Assembly (NCBI GenBank): GCA_965198235.1
Contig: OZ240248.1
Span: 2,816,001-2,880,000, forward strand
Length of the DNA: 64,000 nucleotides
Source: Candidatus Poribacteria bacterium
GTDB lineage: Bacteria; Poribacteria; WGA-4E; WGA-3G
Reading direction: 5' to 3'
A model generated the notes under the pieces. That model ran no database searches, was not told the origin of the DNA, and was given only the letters and a program-made list of their open reading frames with translations. Both the position numbers and the translations under genes were made by a program. Positions 20,947-32,100 of this stretch are shown piece by piece. Positions within the stretch are counted from its first letter, which is position 1; every line of letters starts with the position of its first letter.

Positions 20947-22539
20947 ATGAAAACTTTCGACAACAAAATTGCACTTAATCTTGACGATGAGGCAGAAGTC
21001 TCCGTCAAAGGTTTCATCGCGCCGATTGAATACACCCAATACAATTTCCACGTGGAGTGGGACGAGTTGGCAAACTTTCGAGCTGCTGAACCAGAAAAAC
21101 AGTATCCCACATCCGTTTTTCAAGCGTTTTTCCCATCGGAACCGGTTTCGATCGGTGAATGTTGGGAGATTCAAGAAGAGGACACGCTAACGTTACTGAA
21201 GCAACTTCATCCCAACCCACGCCTGAAGCTGACCATTGACTCAGGAGATTCGTATGGTTTGTGGGCATGTCTGCGCGCTTACAATGACGGACTTACTGAA
21301 ATTGTGTTCCGTATCCATGCGGAATTCGTCATGGAAAGCGGTAAGTTTACCCCGTCACAATTTGCTGGACATCTGGTTATTGACCGGGTCGAAGAGAAGG
21401 TCGTCTCTTTCAAAATGTACGTACCTCCAACGACACTGAATTTCGATGCCGGTTGGACGCAAGAAGATGGTGGAACTTTTGTGGAAATCGGCTTTTGTCC
21501 GCAGATGGAACTTGCTGTTGGCACACAACCGCATGATGTCGAATTCACAGCGTCAATCACGCAAGAAGAAGCCGAACGCGCCCTGATATCGCGTTCCTAC
21601 AAGTTTCAGCAAATCAACTGGGTATCGCTGGAGGAAGCATTGGAAATGGCACCCGCAGAACAGAAACCGATTCATGTCATCTCAGTAGATGGACCGCTCT
21701 TCGACGAGGCGTGCTGAGGGAGTGGCAAAGGCCTGAGGGCAGGTGAGCTCTCCGAAGATCGAATCATAGCGTTCTTGAACGAAAACTTTATCAACACGTG
21801 GGTCCCGAATGCGGAATTAGGACGAACACCGAGTTTGCGAGAACCGATTGCGAGGCGACGCGAGCGCGAAGGTAAGACGTTCGATACAACGCACGCCTTG
21901 GCGCAGGCAATTATAAAAAGTTGGAAAAAAGGGTCACCGGTGGACTGCTTGGTTATCTCGCATGAGTTTGAACCGATGGGCAGCGTAGACTACAATGAGT
22001 TCCCTGAGAACTTAGGGGAATTTGACGATGACACAGAGGCTTACCTATTCTTTCTTGAGTCATCCTTGGAAGGAAAACGTCCTGGACTGGGCGACCTTAT
22101 CCTTACCCGTGAACAGCCTTCACAGGAGGTGGTAGACACTTTTCGCACCCCGAAGGTAGCACACCAGGACTACACTGTTGTCGTAATTGATGCCACAACC
22201 TTTGAAAGAGGTGGCACGCTCACCATTAACATCCACGTCGGTAGAGACGATGCCATAGGAATATTCCATCTCCTCGACGGAGACAGTAAACTTCCAACAG
22301 AAAAAGCTCCTGATGGCATTGATCCCGCAGTATGGAACGATCAAGAAAGTGAGGAATATAAGAAGGCATTTGATGCACTTACCAAAGTATGGGGTATATT
22401 CCCCGATGAAACTGGGCGAATTACGTACCAGTTCGATCGCGGTCAACGCTTTAAATTGTGTGCGACTGGAGATCAATGGGGTGGAGTAGGGACCATAAAT
22501 GCTTTTCACGCAAGAATATCTGTAGAGCCAGCAGACTGA
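20947..22539 (+). CDS. Selenoprotein N-like protein; in-frame TGA at 21715-21717 proposed as Sec257 (530 aa read-through product)
   Basis: Frame continues past TGA as DEAC-U-GSGKGLRAGELSEDRIIAFLNENFINTW; SelN-like motifs on both sides of the TGA; hairpin downstream. Confidence 0.85.
21715..21753 (+). promoter_or_regulatory. Candidate bacterial SECIS element
   Basis: Stem GAGGGC (21735-40) / GCTCTC (21747-52) with loop AGGTGA starting 23 nt after the TGA; folded by eye. Confidence 0.55.
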
Positions 22540-22579
22540 GGATCAGTTACCAGTTTACAATGGAAGTGTGTCCCGATGC

Positions 22580-23266
22580 TCATCCAACATCCGATAACCG
22601 CACAAACTGGTATCCATCTCGTTTAAGTGCCGCGATGATTCGGTCTGTCGCTTCAACCGTCCCTGAACGGTCCGCCTTCTTATTCTCTGCTTTGCCATCA
22701 TGTAGAACGATAATCGAACCCGGCTTTGTCTTCTTCAATACCGTCTCAGTGATCTTGTCAGGATTCTGTGTTGTCCAATCCCAACTCCATACATTGCAGC
22801 TGATGTGCGTTCGATCCCCTTTCGCGAGTACCCACGCCACCGGCAGAAACCTTGTCAACACCGGTGCTCGAAACACGACTTCACCTGTAATGTTGAATTG
22901 TTGAAGCAGGTTGTCCGTGCGTTCAATCTCCCGTCGAACATAGGTCGGTGGCAAGAAACCCAGCAGCGGGTGGCTGTAGGAATGATTGCCGATCTGATGT
23001 CCCTCAGCGATAACCCGTTTCACTGTTTCAGGATACTTTTCAACCCGATTTCCAATCATGAAGAATGTGGCTTTGACGTTGTGCTTAGCAAGGACATCAA
23101 GCAACCGATCGGTATAAGGCGGATTCGGTCCATCGTCATAGGTGAGTGCGACAATCCGTTGGTCTGTGTTCAGGTGAACAACATTCTTTCCGAACGGCGG
23201 TCTAAGGAAAAGCCATAGTAATGTCGCCGTTGCAAATCCTACCACAGCGGTGATTATTAAACTCAT
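22580..23266 (-). CDS. Polysaccharide deacetylase (NodB/CE4)
   Basis: ALTYDDGP, GNHSYSH, IIVLHD; N-terminal anchor. Confidence 0.93.
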   Translation of the reverse strand: MSLIITAVVGFATATLLWLFLRPPFGKNVVHLNTDQRIVALTYDDGPNPPYTDRLLDVLAKHNVKATFFMIGNRVEKYPETVKRVIAEGHQIGNHSYSHPLLGFLPPTYVRREIERTDNLLQQFNITGEVVFRAPVLTRFLPVAWVLAKGDRTHISCNVWSWDWTTQNPDKITETVLKKTKPGSIIVLHDGKAENKKADRSGTVEATDRIIAALKRDGYQFVRLSDVG

Positions 23267-23852
23267 AGGGACTGTTTCTGCTTTAAAGGAACGAAACTTT
23301 TGGTGTGAACTGTTTGCTACTTAGCGTTTTCTAAATCTTTACATCTAACCCACGTTTTCTACATTATACGAGCAGCATCGCCGTTTGACAACACTTTTTC
23401 AAAAGCGAAAAAGACACCTAATTTCCCAAACCCGGTAGGAGTAGTTTGATGAAAAAAATAATTCGGTAATTGACGAGCGATGAATCGGCCTACTACAAAT
23501 GGAGCTGCTTGTAATCTTGCCATTTATAGCATGTTAGGAAATTACCTGATTAAAACGTGAGTTCGATTTAAGTGCGTAAGGGATCAACGCCGAATGCGTG
23601 TATGCCAGTTGGATTGTTGGGTTTCGCTGTGTCTATCACACGAAGGGTTCATTGAAAAGTGGAACTCCCGGTATAAATAAGATGGTCTTGGTGTTTCAAC
23701 GCTCAACCCAACCTACGTGTCTGAATGGCTATGTATCAGCCCGATTTTTTCTTGACGGTTTGTATCAAACGTGTTATTATTTTTCCAATTGATTGAAATA
23801 CAGCGCGGTTTAGGGTTTTCGCCTGCTGCAGTATCATTTGAAAGGGGCAATA

Positions 23853-24265
23853 ATGCAGAGCCACGAAGTAGATTACGAAAGGATGCCTTCCTCTGCGCCG
23901 CCTTGGGTACCGCACTGGACATTGCCTTCTCACGCAGATTGGGCGCAGGGTTTTTTGGTGGTGAGGGCTTTATTCTCCAGCGCCTACGCGGCGATGGCAT
24001 GGCGTTTGTACATGCTGGCGGGACAGTCGTCAAAAAGGAGCTCGTCAATGAGACGCTCCGCGTTGATACGGGTTGTCTTGTCGCTCTTTCATCCGGTGTT
24101 GACTACGACATTGAAATGGTCAAGGGTTTAAAGTCAATGTTCTTCGGTGGTGAGGGACTTTTTCTCGCGACCCTAAGTGGTACTGGCACCGTTTACCTCC
24201 AGAGTTTACCTTTTTCAAAACTGGCTGACCGTATCATTGAACAAGTCCCATCTTCAAGCAGCTGA
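23853..24265 (+). pseudogene. AIM24/TIGR00266 family gene with internal deletion
   Basis: MQSHEVDYE start fused out of frame to KDAFLCAA...[11 protein letters not shown]...[13 protein letters not shown]. Confidence 0.75.
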
Positions 24266-24428
24266 TACTAAAAAGCCTCGCTGCGTCGGAAGTATTTCCC
24301 TTCGCTGTCTTAATTTTCAAAAAACTAATACGATGCTGTGAGCAAGCAACAATGGTCGCTTGCGGACTTTAAGCATAACCGCCAAGTTACCAACCCCGTT
24401 ATTTCACGCTTGGCGCATAGTTAAAAAT

Positions 24429-25532
24429 ATGAAAATTCGCTGTATTAAAGCCTATCAAGTTGACCTCCCGCTCTATGAAGGCAGCTATAACTGGTCCGGC
24501 GGGAAATCTGTATCCGTTTTTGACAGTACTATTGTCTCGGTTGAGATGGATGAAGGCATTACCGGTTATGGTGAGGTTTGTCCGTTGGGACCGTTCTATC
24601 TCCCCGCTTATGCTGAAGGCACCCGCACTGGCATTGCTGAACTTGCACCACACCTCATCGGTGAAGACCCGACGCAGCTGCTTCCGCTCAATCAACGTAT
24701 GGATACCGCGCTCAAGGGACATCCGTACGTGAAATCAGGGATTGACATCGCGTGTTGGGATATTCTCGGCAAGGTTTCAAACCAATCCGTCTGCACGCTT
24801 CTCGGCGGTAGGTATGGTGAGGATTTCATGCTCTATCGTGCGATTTCTCAACAATCCGCCGACGAGATGGCGGCGAAGGTTGCTACCTATCGTGCGGAAG
24901 GATATCGCAAATTCCAATTGAAGGTCGGTGGCGACCCAAATACAGATATTGAACGTATCCGAGCGGTTGCCGAACTGATGCAATCGGGGGATGTACTCAT
25001 TGCGGATGCGAATACCGGTTGGTTGATGCACCAAGCCGCCCGCGTCGTCCGTGGTGTGCGCGATGTGGATGTCTACATTGAGCAGCCCTGTCTCTCATAT
25101 CAGGAATGCCTCGCGATCCGTCAGCGTACAGATCACCCGTTTGTTCTCGACGAGACGATTGACAGCATCGAAGCATTGTTACGCGGTCATGCCGACCGAG
25201 CCATGGATGTCGTCAATATTAAGATAAGCAAATTCGGTGGGTTGACCAAAGCGAAACTCGCGAGAGATCTATGTGTTGAACTCGGAGTCGCGATGACAAT
25301 TGAAGATAGTTGGGGCGGTGATATTACAACCGCCGCGATTGCCCACCTCGCCCACAGCACACCGCCAGAATTTCTCTTCACAGCGACCGATTTCAACAGT
25401 TACGTCACCGTCAGTACAGCGGAAGGTGCCCCGCAACGCGCCAACGGCAGAATGGCAGCTTCAACACAACCCGGTTTGGGGATCACTCCGAATATGGCTG
25501 TGTTGGGAGAGGCGTTAGTTCACGTGGAGTAA
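24429..25532 (+). CDS. Enolase-superfamily enzyme, cis-3-hydroxy-L-proline dehydratase-like
   Basis: [44 protein letters not shown] metal ligands, EDSWGGDI. Confidence 0.75.
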   Translation: MKIRCIKAYQVDLPLYEGSYNWSGGKSVSVFDSTIVSVEMDEGITGYGEVCPLGPFYLPAYAEGTRTGIAELAPHLIGEDPTQLLPLNQRMDTALKGHPYVKSGIDIACWDILGKVSNQSVCTLLGGRYGEDFMLYRAISQQSADEMAAKVATYRAEGYRKFQLKVGGDPNTDIERIRAVAELMQSGDVLIADANTGWLMHQAARVVRGVRDVDVYIEQPCLSYQECLAIRQRTDHPFVLDETIDSIEALLRGHADRAMDVVNIKISKFGGLTKAKLARDLCVELGVAMTIEDSWGGDITTAAIAHLAHSTPPEFLFTATDFNSYVTVSTAEGAPQRANGRMAASTQPGLGITPNMAVLGEALVHVE

Positions 25533-25536
25533 TTGT

Positions 25537-26553
25537 ATGCCTATCAGAATCCTCTCCGCGTCCGATGTCCGAGAAGCCCTACCGATGTCCAAAGCAATTG
25601 ATGCGATGCGGCACGCCTACAGCCAACTTTCGGCAGGCAAGGTGACCGCTCCGCCACGCCAACATCTCTCCACTGACAAAGGCGTTACGCTCATAATGCC
25701 TGCCTATCTACCTGAGTGCAGCGAGTTCGGCATCAAAGTCGTCTCGGTCTATGACGATAACCCGAACCTCAACCTACCTCGCATCACAGCGACAGTCTTA
25801 GTGCTTGATCCAGAGACAGGATCCCCAAAAGCATTCATGGACGGTGCCAGCGTCACTGCTATCCGAACAGGTGCCGGTGGTGGCGTGGCGGCAGATTTAC
25901 TTGCGCGGAACGACGCAAAAACGGTTGGGTTATTTGGTGCAGGTGTACAGGCGAGGGCACAGTTACGGGCGGTGATAGCGGTTAGGGACATCGCGCGCGT
26001 TAACCTCATCAGTCGCACACACGCCTCTGCACAACAGTTTGCCACTGAGATTTCAGAGTGGTCAGATGCGCCAGAAGTCAACCTTGTATCTACGCCACAA
26101 GAGGTGGTGCAGGACGCTGATATTGTTTTATGTGCAACGACATCGGCAACCCCGCTTTTTGATGGAAACGCTCTGAAACCCGGTACGCACATCACAGCTG
26201 TTGGCACGTTCGTTCCAGAAAAACGGGAAGTCGATACAACGACAATAAGAAGGGCACATCGGATTGTGGTCGATTCACGGGAAGCCTGCTTAGAGGAGGC
26301 GGGAGACCTGATTATTCCGAACGCTGAGATTGAAAGTCTGTTGCGGACTCAAAAACAAGCAAGCAAAGCACCGCAACAGACTTTCGCTGAAATCGGAGAA
26401 ATCGTCAACGGCGATAAACTCGGACGGCAGTCAGACGACGAAATCACGTTTTTCAAATCGGTAGGCGTGGCGGTGCAAGATGCAGTCGCAGGCGCAGCGG
26501 TACTTGCAGAAGCGGAAGCAAAAGAGTTAGGTATTGTCGTTGAAATGGCATGA
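25537..26553 (+). CDS. Ornithine cyclodeaminase/mu-crystallin family; likely pyrroline-2-carboxylate reductase
   Basis: TAIRTGA, GAGVQA, EEAGDL, FFKSVGVAVQD; 4 nt downstream of the dehydratase. Confidence 0.8.
   Translation: MPIRILSASDVREALPMSKAIDAMRHAYSQLSAGKVTAPPRQHLSTDKGVTLIMPAYLPECSEFGIKVVSVYDDNPNLNLPRITATVLVLDPETGSPKAFMDGASVTAIRTGAGGGVAADLLARNDAKTVGLFGAGVQARAQLRAVIAVRDIARVNLISRTHASAQQFATEISEWSDAPEVNLVSTPQEVVQDADIVLCATTSATPLFDGNALKPGTHITAVGTFVPEKREVDTTTIRRAHRIVVDSREACLEEAGDLIIPNAEIESLLRTQKQASKAPQQTFAEIGEIVNGDKLGRQSDDEITFFKSVGVAVQDAVAGAAVLAEAEAKELGIVVEMA
26332..26385. repeat. Palindromic 54-bp in-frame insertion within the OCD-family gene
   Basis: 15-bp perfect IR GAAAGTCTGTTGCGG / CCGCAACAGACTTTC spanning exactly 18 codons. 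Confidence 0.8.
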
Positions 26554-26559
26554 GGAGCG

Positions 26560-26983
26560 GAGTGGCATTGTTCAGCGGTGCTTCCTTGAGTCGTGCGAAC
26601 TTAACCATTCGTCCAATGGTCGGCTGCCAAAATCGAACGGTCCGGTCATCACCTGCGGAAACAATCATGGAAAGCCCCGACACATCAGGACGCAGTGCCA
26701 AGTCGTGTACAGGTAGCGTATGATTGTTCAGACTTCGGATCAACTCACCGGATGTCAGGTCCCAGACACGCAGACTCTGATCAACTCCTGTGCTCACGAG
26801 TGTCTTTTTATCATTGAGAAAACAGAGAGACGATACACCGCGTGAATGACCTTCCAACTGCTGGATAGCGGTGCCAGTGTGCAAGTCCCAAAGGATGATG
26901 CGCCGATCCAGACTTGCAGATGCAAGTGATGACACATCCCGCTCCCCATAGTCTGCTCCTTGCTCAATCCACAACCTAATCAA
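26560..26983 (-). pseudogene. WD40-repeat protein fragment
   Basis: LASASLDRRIILWD, LEGHSRGV, STGVDQSLRVWD, SAGDDRTVRFW; only about 3 repeats, no credible start. Confidence 0.7.
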
Positions 26984-27098
26984 GATGTCAATGACTTACA
27001 CAATGTAAACACTATCTAAACACTACCTACAAAAAAAATGCACAATTTCACGGAAATTTGTGAAATTATGCATAATTTTTTACAATTTCTTTATTTTT

Positions 27099-29051
27099 TT
27101 AGAATTTTCCAAAGACACGCACAAAAATTTCCATGTAGTTCTGATCATTAACATCTCCGATTGCGCGCTGATCTATGTAACGTGCGCCGATATGCAGAAA
27201 AAGCCGCTTCTCATAAGCAACAAAACTCTTTTCCATTTCAGCCAACAGGGCTTGACGGACAAAGTCGTTATCGTTCTTAAGCATATCGTTGAACAGGAGA
27301 ATTTGCCCACCACCGGTGAGCTTGATAGTTTTCGTAAACTGATAGACGACCTTGAGGATAAGTGCCGAAGCCATATCCCGTACATTGGCACGTTCAATTT
27401 CGCGCAATCGGAATCGACGGGAGACATCCCTACCGTCGATTTCCCCGGCTAAGGACAGGTATTCAAGCCGGTCATCCGCCATCCGGAAACCATTACGGAT
27501 GGTGGATTTGAACATTGGGCTGATCTCCAGCGATTTAGAAGGACGGAGACGGTACAGGGTTTTGAAAATGCCGACTTCGTAATGTTGGTTGTCCTTCTCG
27601 AAATCGTAGTCGTATTGAATTTTGGCGCGAGCTGTCGTGACCATCCGGTCAATTCCTAAGTATTCATACGTGAGTTTGGCAGTGTTAATCAGGTCGTTCT
27701 GCATAAGCAATGGATCTCTGCGCCGTTTTTCAACTTCGGTGCCACCATCAATGTAAAAAAACTGCACTCCCCCGTCCCTCTCCAGTTTCCGGACTTCCGG
27801 CTGCGCCCGATACAATCCTTCCTCCGTTCCGCTCAGAAATCCAGCATAATACCATGTTTCATCAGGAATCCTGTCTTTCACCAATTTCAGTTCATTCTCA
27901 AAAACAACTGAAGAAGCACGTGCGAGTTCTTTCCGGTAAACGAGATTCGCGAATGCTTTCGTTGAGGATGGCGTATTTCTGAGTCTGAGGTTTTCTTCGA
28001 TCTGCAATCCAAGATCTAAATCAACGACACTCGACTGATGAGTCAGCTTACGGTTCATGAAAAGTCGTATCCCTTGCAGTCCAACATCGAATTCGTAATT
28101 CGGATCCTGATCGTTCTCCTCCTCATCCCGGATGCCGTTGTTGTTTAGATCGCTTTCGTCTAAGAAATCCTCATCGACATCGAAAAGCAGAATATCATCC
28201 TCGTAGTCGAAGATGCCGTTGTTATTTTTATCAAGGTCTCCGGGAATAATCAAGGAGGGTGGGTCAAGCGGTGTGTTATCGGAGTAGCGGTCCTGGTCAT
28301 CGTTGTCGCCGACGGATCGGGAGGCATCAAACCGCGGACCGACGCGATACGCTTCCGCCTGAAAAATCGTATCTCCAACGGTTTGGAATGCTTTGAAAAC
28401 TGTTGTCGTCGCATCGAAACGTGAACTTAAGTTTTTCTGCAACGCACTCTTCGGTGTGACAGCCACCTCTGCTTTTACACCGTAGTTGGTGAAATTAGTT
28501 TCCATATCTACCGCCCATACGGGTGTCTCGCGGAAGTACCAAGAGAGCCCTAATTGGGATCTACCGAACTTTGTGACTTCACGCAAGCCGATACCAGATT
28601 TCTCTCCTCTTCCCTCACGTCCATTCAGTCGATTGAGCAAACCGGGCACCATTAGGATTGTCCAATCGGTGCGATTAGAGCGGACTTCCCAACGGACACC
28701 GCTTAGGTCGATCTGATCGAAGGTGAATTTCGTGAAGGTCGTCGGGACCTCTCCGAGACTCAAAATATTTTTGACACTGCCTGCAGTTTCCTCAATCACC
28801 ATGACACTGTGGAAGCCGCGCCGAAAGAGACGGTCAAAATCGAAACTGTCTTGTCTAACACGCTCCTCCTCTGTATCCGCGAGGAAATTCCGCCTATTTG
28901 TGAAATCGTATTCGACACGTCCGGATAGGAACAACTTACCAAATAGGCTGTACGCATCCTCTGCCTCAGCAGAGAACATCAGAGAACAGTTTAACAGTAA
29001 GAAGAGAAAGCCAGGAATCAAGCACTTTCGGATACCTATTTTTGTGTTCAT
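27099..29051 (-). CDS. Putative outer-membrane beta-barrel protein with acidic DxNxNG calcium-binding loops
   Basis: Signal peptide; amphipathic strands; DLDKNNNGIFD and DLNNNGIRD; ends VRVFGKF. Confidence 0.65.
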   Translation of the reverse strand: MNTKIGIRKCLIPGFLFLLLNCSLMFSAEAEDAYSLFGKLFLSGRVEYDFTNRRNFLADTEEERVRQDSFDFDRLFRRGFHSVMVIEETAGSVKNILSLGEVPTTFTKFTFDQIDLSGVRWEVRSNRTDWTILMVPGLLNRLNGREGRGEKSGIGLREVTKFGRSQLGLSWYFRETPVWAVDMETNFTNYGVKAEVAVTPKSALQKNLSSRFDATTTVFKAFQTVGDTIFQAEAYRVGPRFDASRSVGDNDDQDRYSDNTPLDPPSLIIPGDLDKNNNGIFDYEDDILLFDVDEDFLDESDLNNNGIRDEEENDQDPNYEFDVGLQGIRLFMNRKLTHQSSVVDLDLGLQIEENLRLRNTPSSTKAFANLVYRKELARASSVVFENELKLVKDRIPDETWYYAGFLSGTEEGLYRAQPEVRKLERDGGVQFFYIDGGTEVEKRRRDPLLMQNDLINTAKLTYEYLGIDRMVTTARAKIQYDYDFEKDNQHYEVGIFKTLYRLRPSKSLEISPMFKSTIRNGFRMADDRLEYLSLAGEIDGRDVSRRFRLREIERANVRDMASALILKVVYQFTKTIKLTGGGQILLFNDMLKNDNDFVRQALLAEMEKSFVAYEKRLFLHIGARYIDQRAIGDVNDQNYMEIFVRVFGKF

Positions 29052-29101
29052 ATCGTATTGGAAACCGTCAGGGCGTTCGCTGCGCTCACTCTCGGCGTAA
29101 T

Positions 29102-29188
29102 GGTTATCGGCTGTCGGTTTTCAGTTAAGAGGTTGTGGAAGGGGTTTGTAACCCCGATTTCACCCTCTTGCTGACTGCTGACGGCTAT
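29102..29188. repeat. Intergenic repeat/hairpin element
   Basis: GGCTGTCGGT...AAGAGG...CACCCTCTTGCTGACTGCTGACGGC; related copy inside the CDS at 32045..32101. Confidence 0.6.
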
Positions 29189-29191
29189 TCC

Positions 29192-32100
29192 TCATCTCAA
29201 AATATCCTCGGGTCCGTAAGACTCTGTGAAGGTTGTCCAGATTTCTGTGCGTTTATCGAAACGGTTCAATCCACGATAGGTACCAAACCAGACATAGGGA
29301 CTATCTACAGACATAGAGAGGATACCGTTATGTGCCAAACCGTCCTCTCGGGTGTAAGTCGTCCAACTATTCGTCAACTGATCAAACCGACTGACCCCCG
29401 CGTTGTAGGTGCCAATCCAAACTTCAGCTCCATCAACACCGATAATGGTAATTTTGTTGCTGGCAAGTCCGTCTTCTGTCGTATAGGCAGCCCAAACTTC
29501 TGTCTTTTCGTTATAGAGTGTCACACCGCGGTCGCTGCCAAACCAGACATTGTCACCATCGATAGCGATACAACTGACTTCATCGCTCGCGAGTCCATCT
29601 TCCATTGTGATTGTTTTCCAGATGTCCCGACCAATGTCGTATCGGCTGACACCTCGGCGTGTACCGACCCAGACATGTCTCTTGCTCGCCGTGATACACC
29701 AAATTTGATCGGTAACCAATGACTCCGCGAACTCCTTAGATACAGCAGAAGGTTGAATCTCGGTCCCCGATGTGTAAGTAATCCACGCATTGAGGTCATC
29801 TGCTGTGCGGGGGTACTTCCCTATCCCAGAATTAGTCCCAACCCAGATGCTATCGCCATCGCTGCTCACGGAAGTCACATTGTTGGCAGGCAACCCATGC
29901 TCAGTTTTGTACTGATCCCACTGCAGGGCTATCTTATCAAAACGATTCGCCCCGTCGCGTGTACCGACCCAAACGTATTGTTCATCGACTACAATAGAAC
30001 TCACAACGTCATCGGAAAGACAGTCTTTCTTTTTTCGTCGATGCCGGTGCCAATGACCGCCGTGGGTTTCTATGTTTTCGGATCCGCCCTCCTGCTGATA
30101 ATTCTTCCAGCTCCCCAAAACCTTGTCATAGCGGGACATACCCTCTTCAGTACCGACCCAGACGAAACGTTCATCCGTATCTACTGTCCGAACGGTGCGT
30201 CCAATAAGTGTTGGCAGTGCTGCCAAGGGGGTCCAAGATTCTTTCCGTTTGTCATAACGGGAAAGTCCACGCAAGGTCCCCACCCATACGTAGTCCTCAT
30301 CCACTGCAAGCCCATACTCGCCGACATGGTTATGGAGGAGCCCTTTGATATCTTTAAACGTTGCCCATGTGCCGGAGGCGAAATGAAACCGTCGAAGCCC
30401 TTCGTTGGGTGCAGCTAACCACAGATAGTCGTCATCGGCTGCGAGTTCGAGCGTTCCGCGTCCCGATCTGATTGTCGTCCACTCCTTGTTCCGCCTGTCG
30501 TATCGGGTAACACCTGCATCTTCCCAGGGTCTGTAGAGTATCCAAACATCGTTCTCTGTTGCGATAATGCGTCTAATGGTATTCGCAGCAAGTACGTCAT
30601 TCGTCGAAAACGTCGTCCACTTTTTTGTCTTCTTATCGTATCGTGACAAGGGACGGTTGCTGCCTCTATCCCATTCCGAACGCGCAACCCAGATGAAATC
30701 GTCATCCACAGTAATCCATTCCCCGCCTCTACCTGCCAATCCATCCCTTGGTCCAAAATCCTTCCATTCACGGGTGATTTCATTGTAACGCGTGAGTCCA
30801 CGCCCAGATGCGAACCAGACATTCGGTCCATCAACCCCAATTGCCTTTACACGTTCAACCTCGCGGTTATCTTCTTGTTCAACTATTTCCCATGTTCCAG
30901 TCGCCTTACTATAATGGTTTAATTCCAAACCTATCATCGGAATGACCCAGACGCTCTGCTCACTCACAGCAATTTTATTCACATCGTTTGTAGAGAGTCC
31001 ATTTTCTGTCGTAAAATGCTGCCACGTATCTGTCATTTTATCATAACGGAGAATACCGTAGTCCGTTGTGAACCAGACTGCATCGGTATCCACATAGGTC
31101 CAACGGATGAGTGTCATAGATCTTTTCTGAGTAGACTGCAGAATATCTAAGCGTGTGAAACGCCGCCATGTTGCTGTTGGACGATGAAACCGCACAAGAG
31201 CACCATTCGGCGAAGCCGCCCAACTATTGAGCCAGATGTAATCCCCATCAAATTTGATATTTGAGACTCTGGTTTCAAGGAACGGCTCCCGCACCGGACG
31301 GGATTGATGTAGCACCTCTCTTCCACTTTGGGTGTCATATTCAACGAGACCGTTGTCTGTCGCCATCCAAAGTGTTTCATCTGCATCACACAGAATGTCA
31401 CGAACATTGTATGGCACGTTTGAAAGCGAATTCCAAGAATCGGAAGCAATTGTGTAGCTCCCCAAACCCTGGGGTGTGCCAATCCAAAGGATACCCTTTT
31501 GAAAGGCGAGTGCGGTGACATTGGGCGACGGCAATTGGTCATTAAAGGACAGTGGGGTCCAACGCTGCTGGGTGCTATCATACCTCGCAAGACCTCGGCG
31601 TGTCCCTGCCCAAAGCGTTTCTTCTGTGGGAGAGGTGTTTTTACTTGGGTGTTCCCCCGAATCTGTAGAAAGCAGCACGTTAACATACGGATTCGGAAGA
31701 CCATTGGCAACACGGTGCATCTGCTTATCGGCGATCGAGTATTGCCAAACACCCTCCGCACCCCCAAACCAGACCCTTTCCTCATGAGCAAGCACGGATA
31801 ATATGAGTAGATTTTTGGGCGTATCTGGCAGAGCCAGTTGCATCCACGCTTGAGATGCTGTGTCATACACCGCGGGACCGGAACTCGTACCAATCCAGAC
31901 AAGGTGATCCTGCGATGCGGGGCCCGTATCAACAGATGTCACAAAAGCTTCGCCTTGTGTCTCTGTTCGAGGCGGGACCTGAAATGTCCACTCTTCACCT
32001 AAGTATGCTCGCGTGCCAAGCCCTCGATCACACCCAATCCAAATGGCTGTCGGTGAAGAGGTTTCCGATGAACCCACACCCTCTTGCTGATGGCTGATGG

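Noticed and set aside
21775-22539. Independent 254-aa ORF starting at TTG
   Set aside because: No evident RBS, and SelN-like similarity runs continuously through the upstream in-frame TGA; treated as the 3' part of one gene
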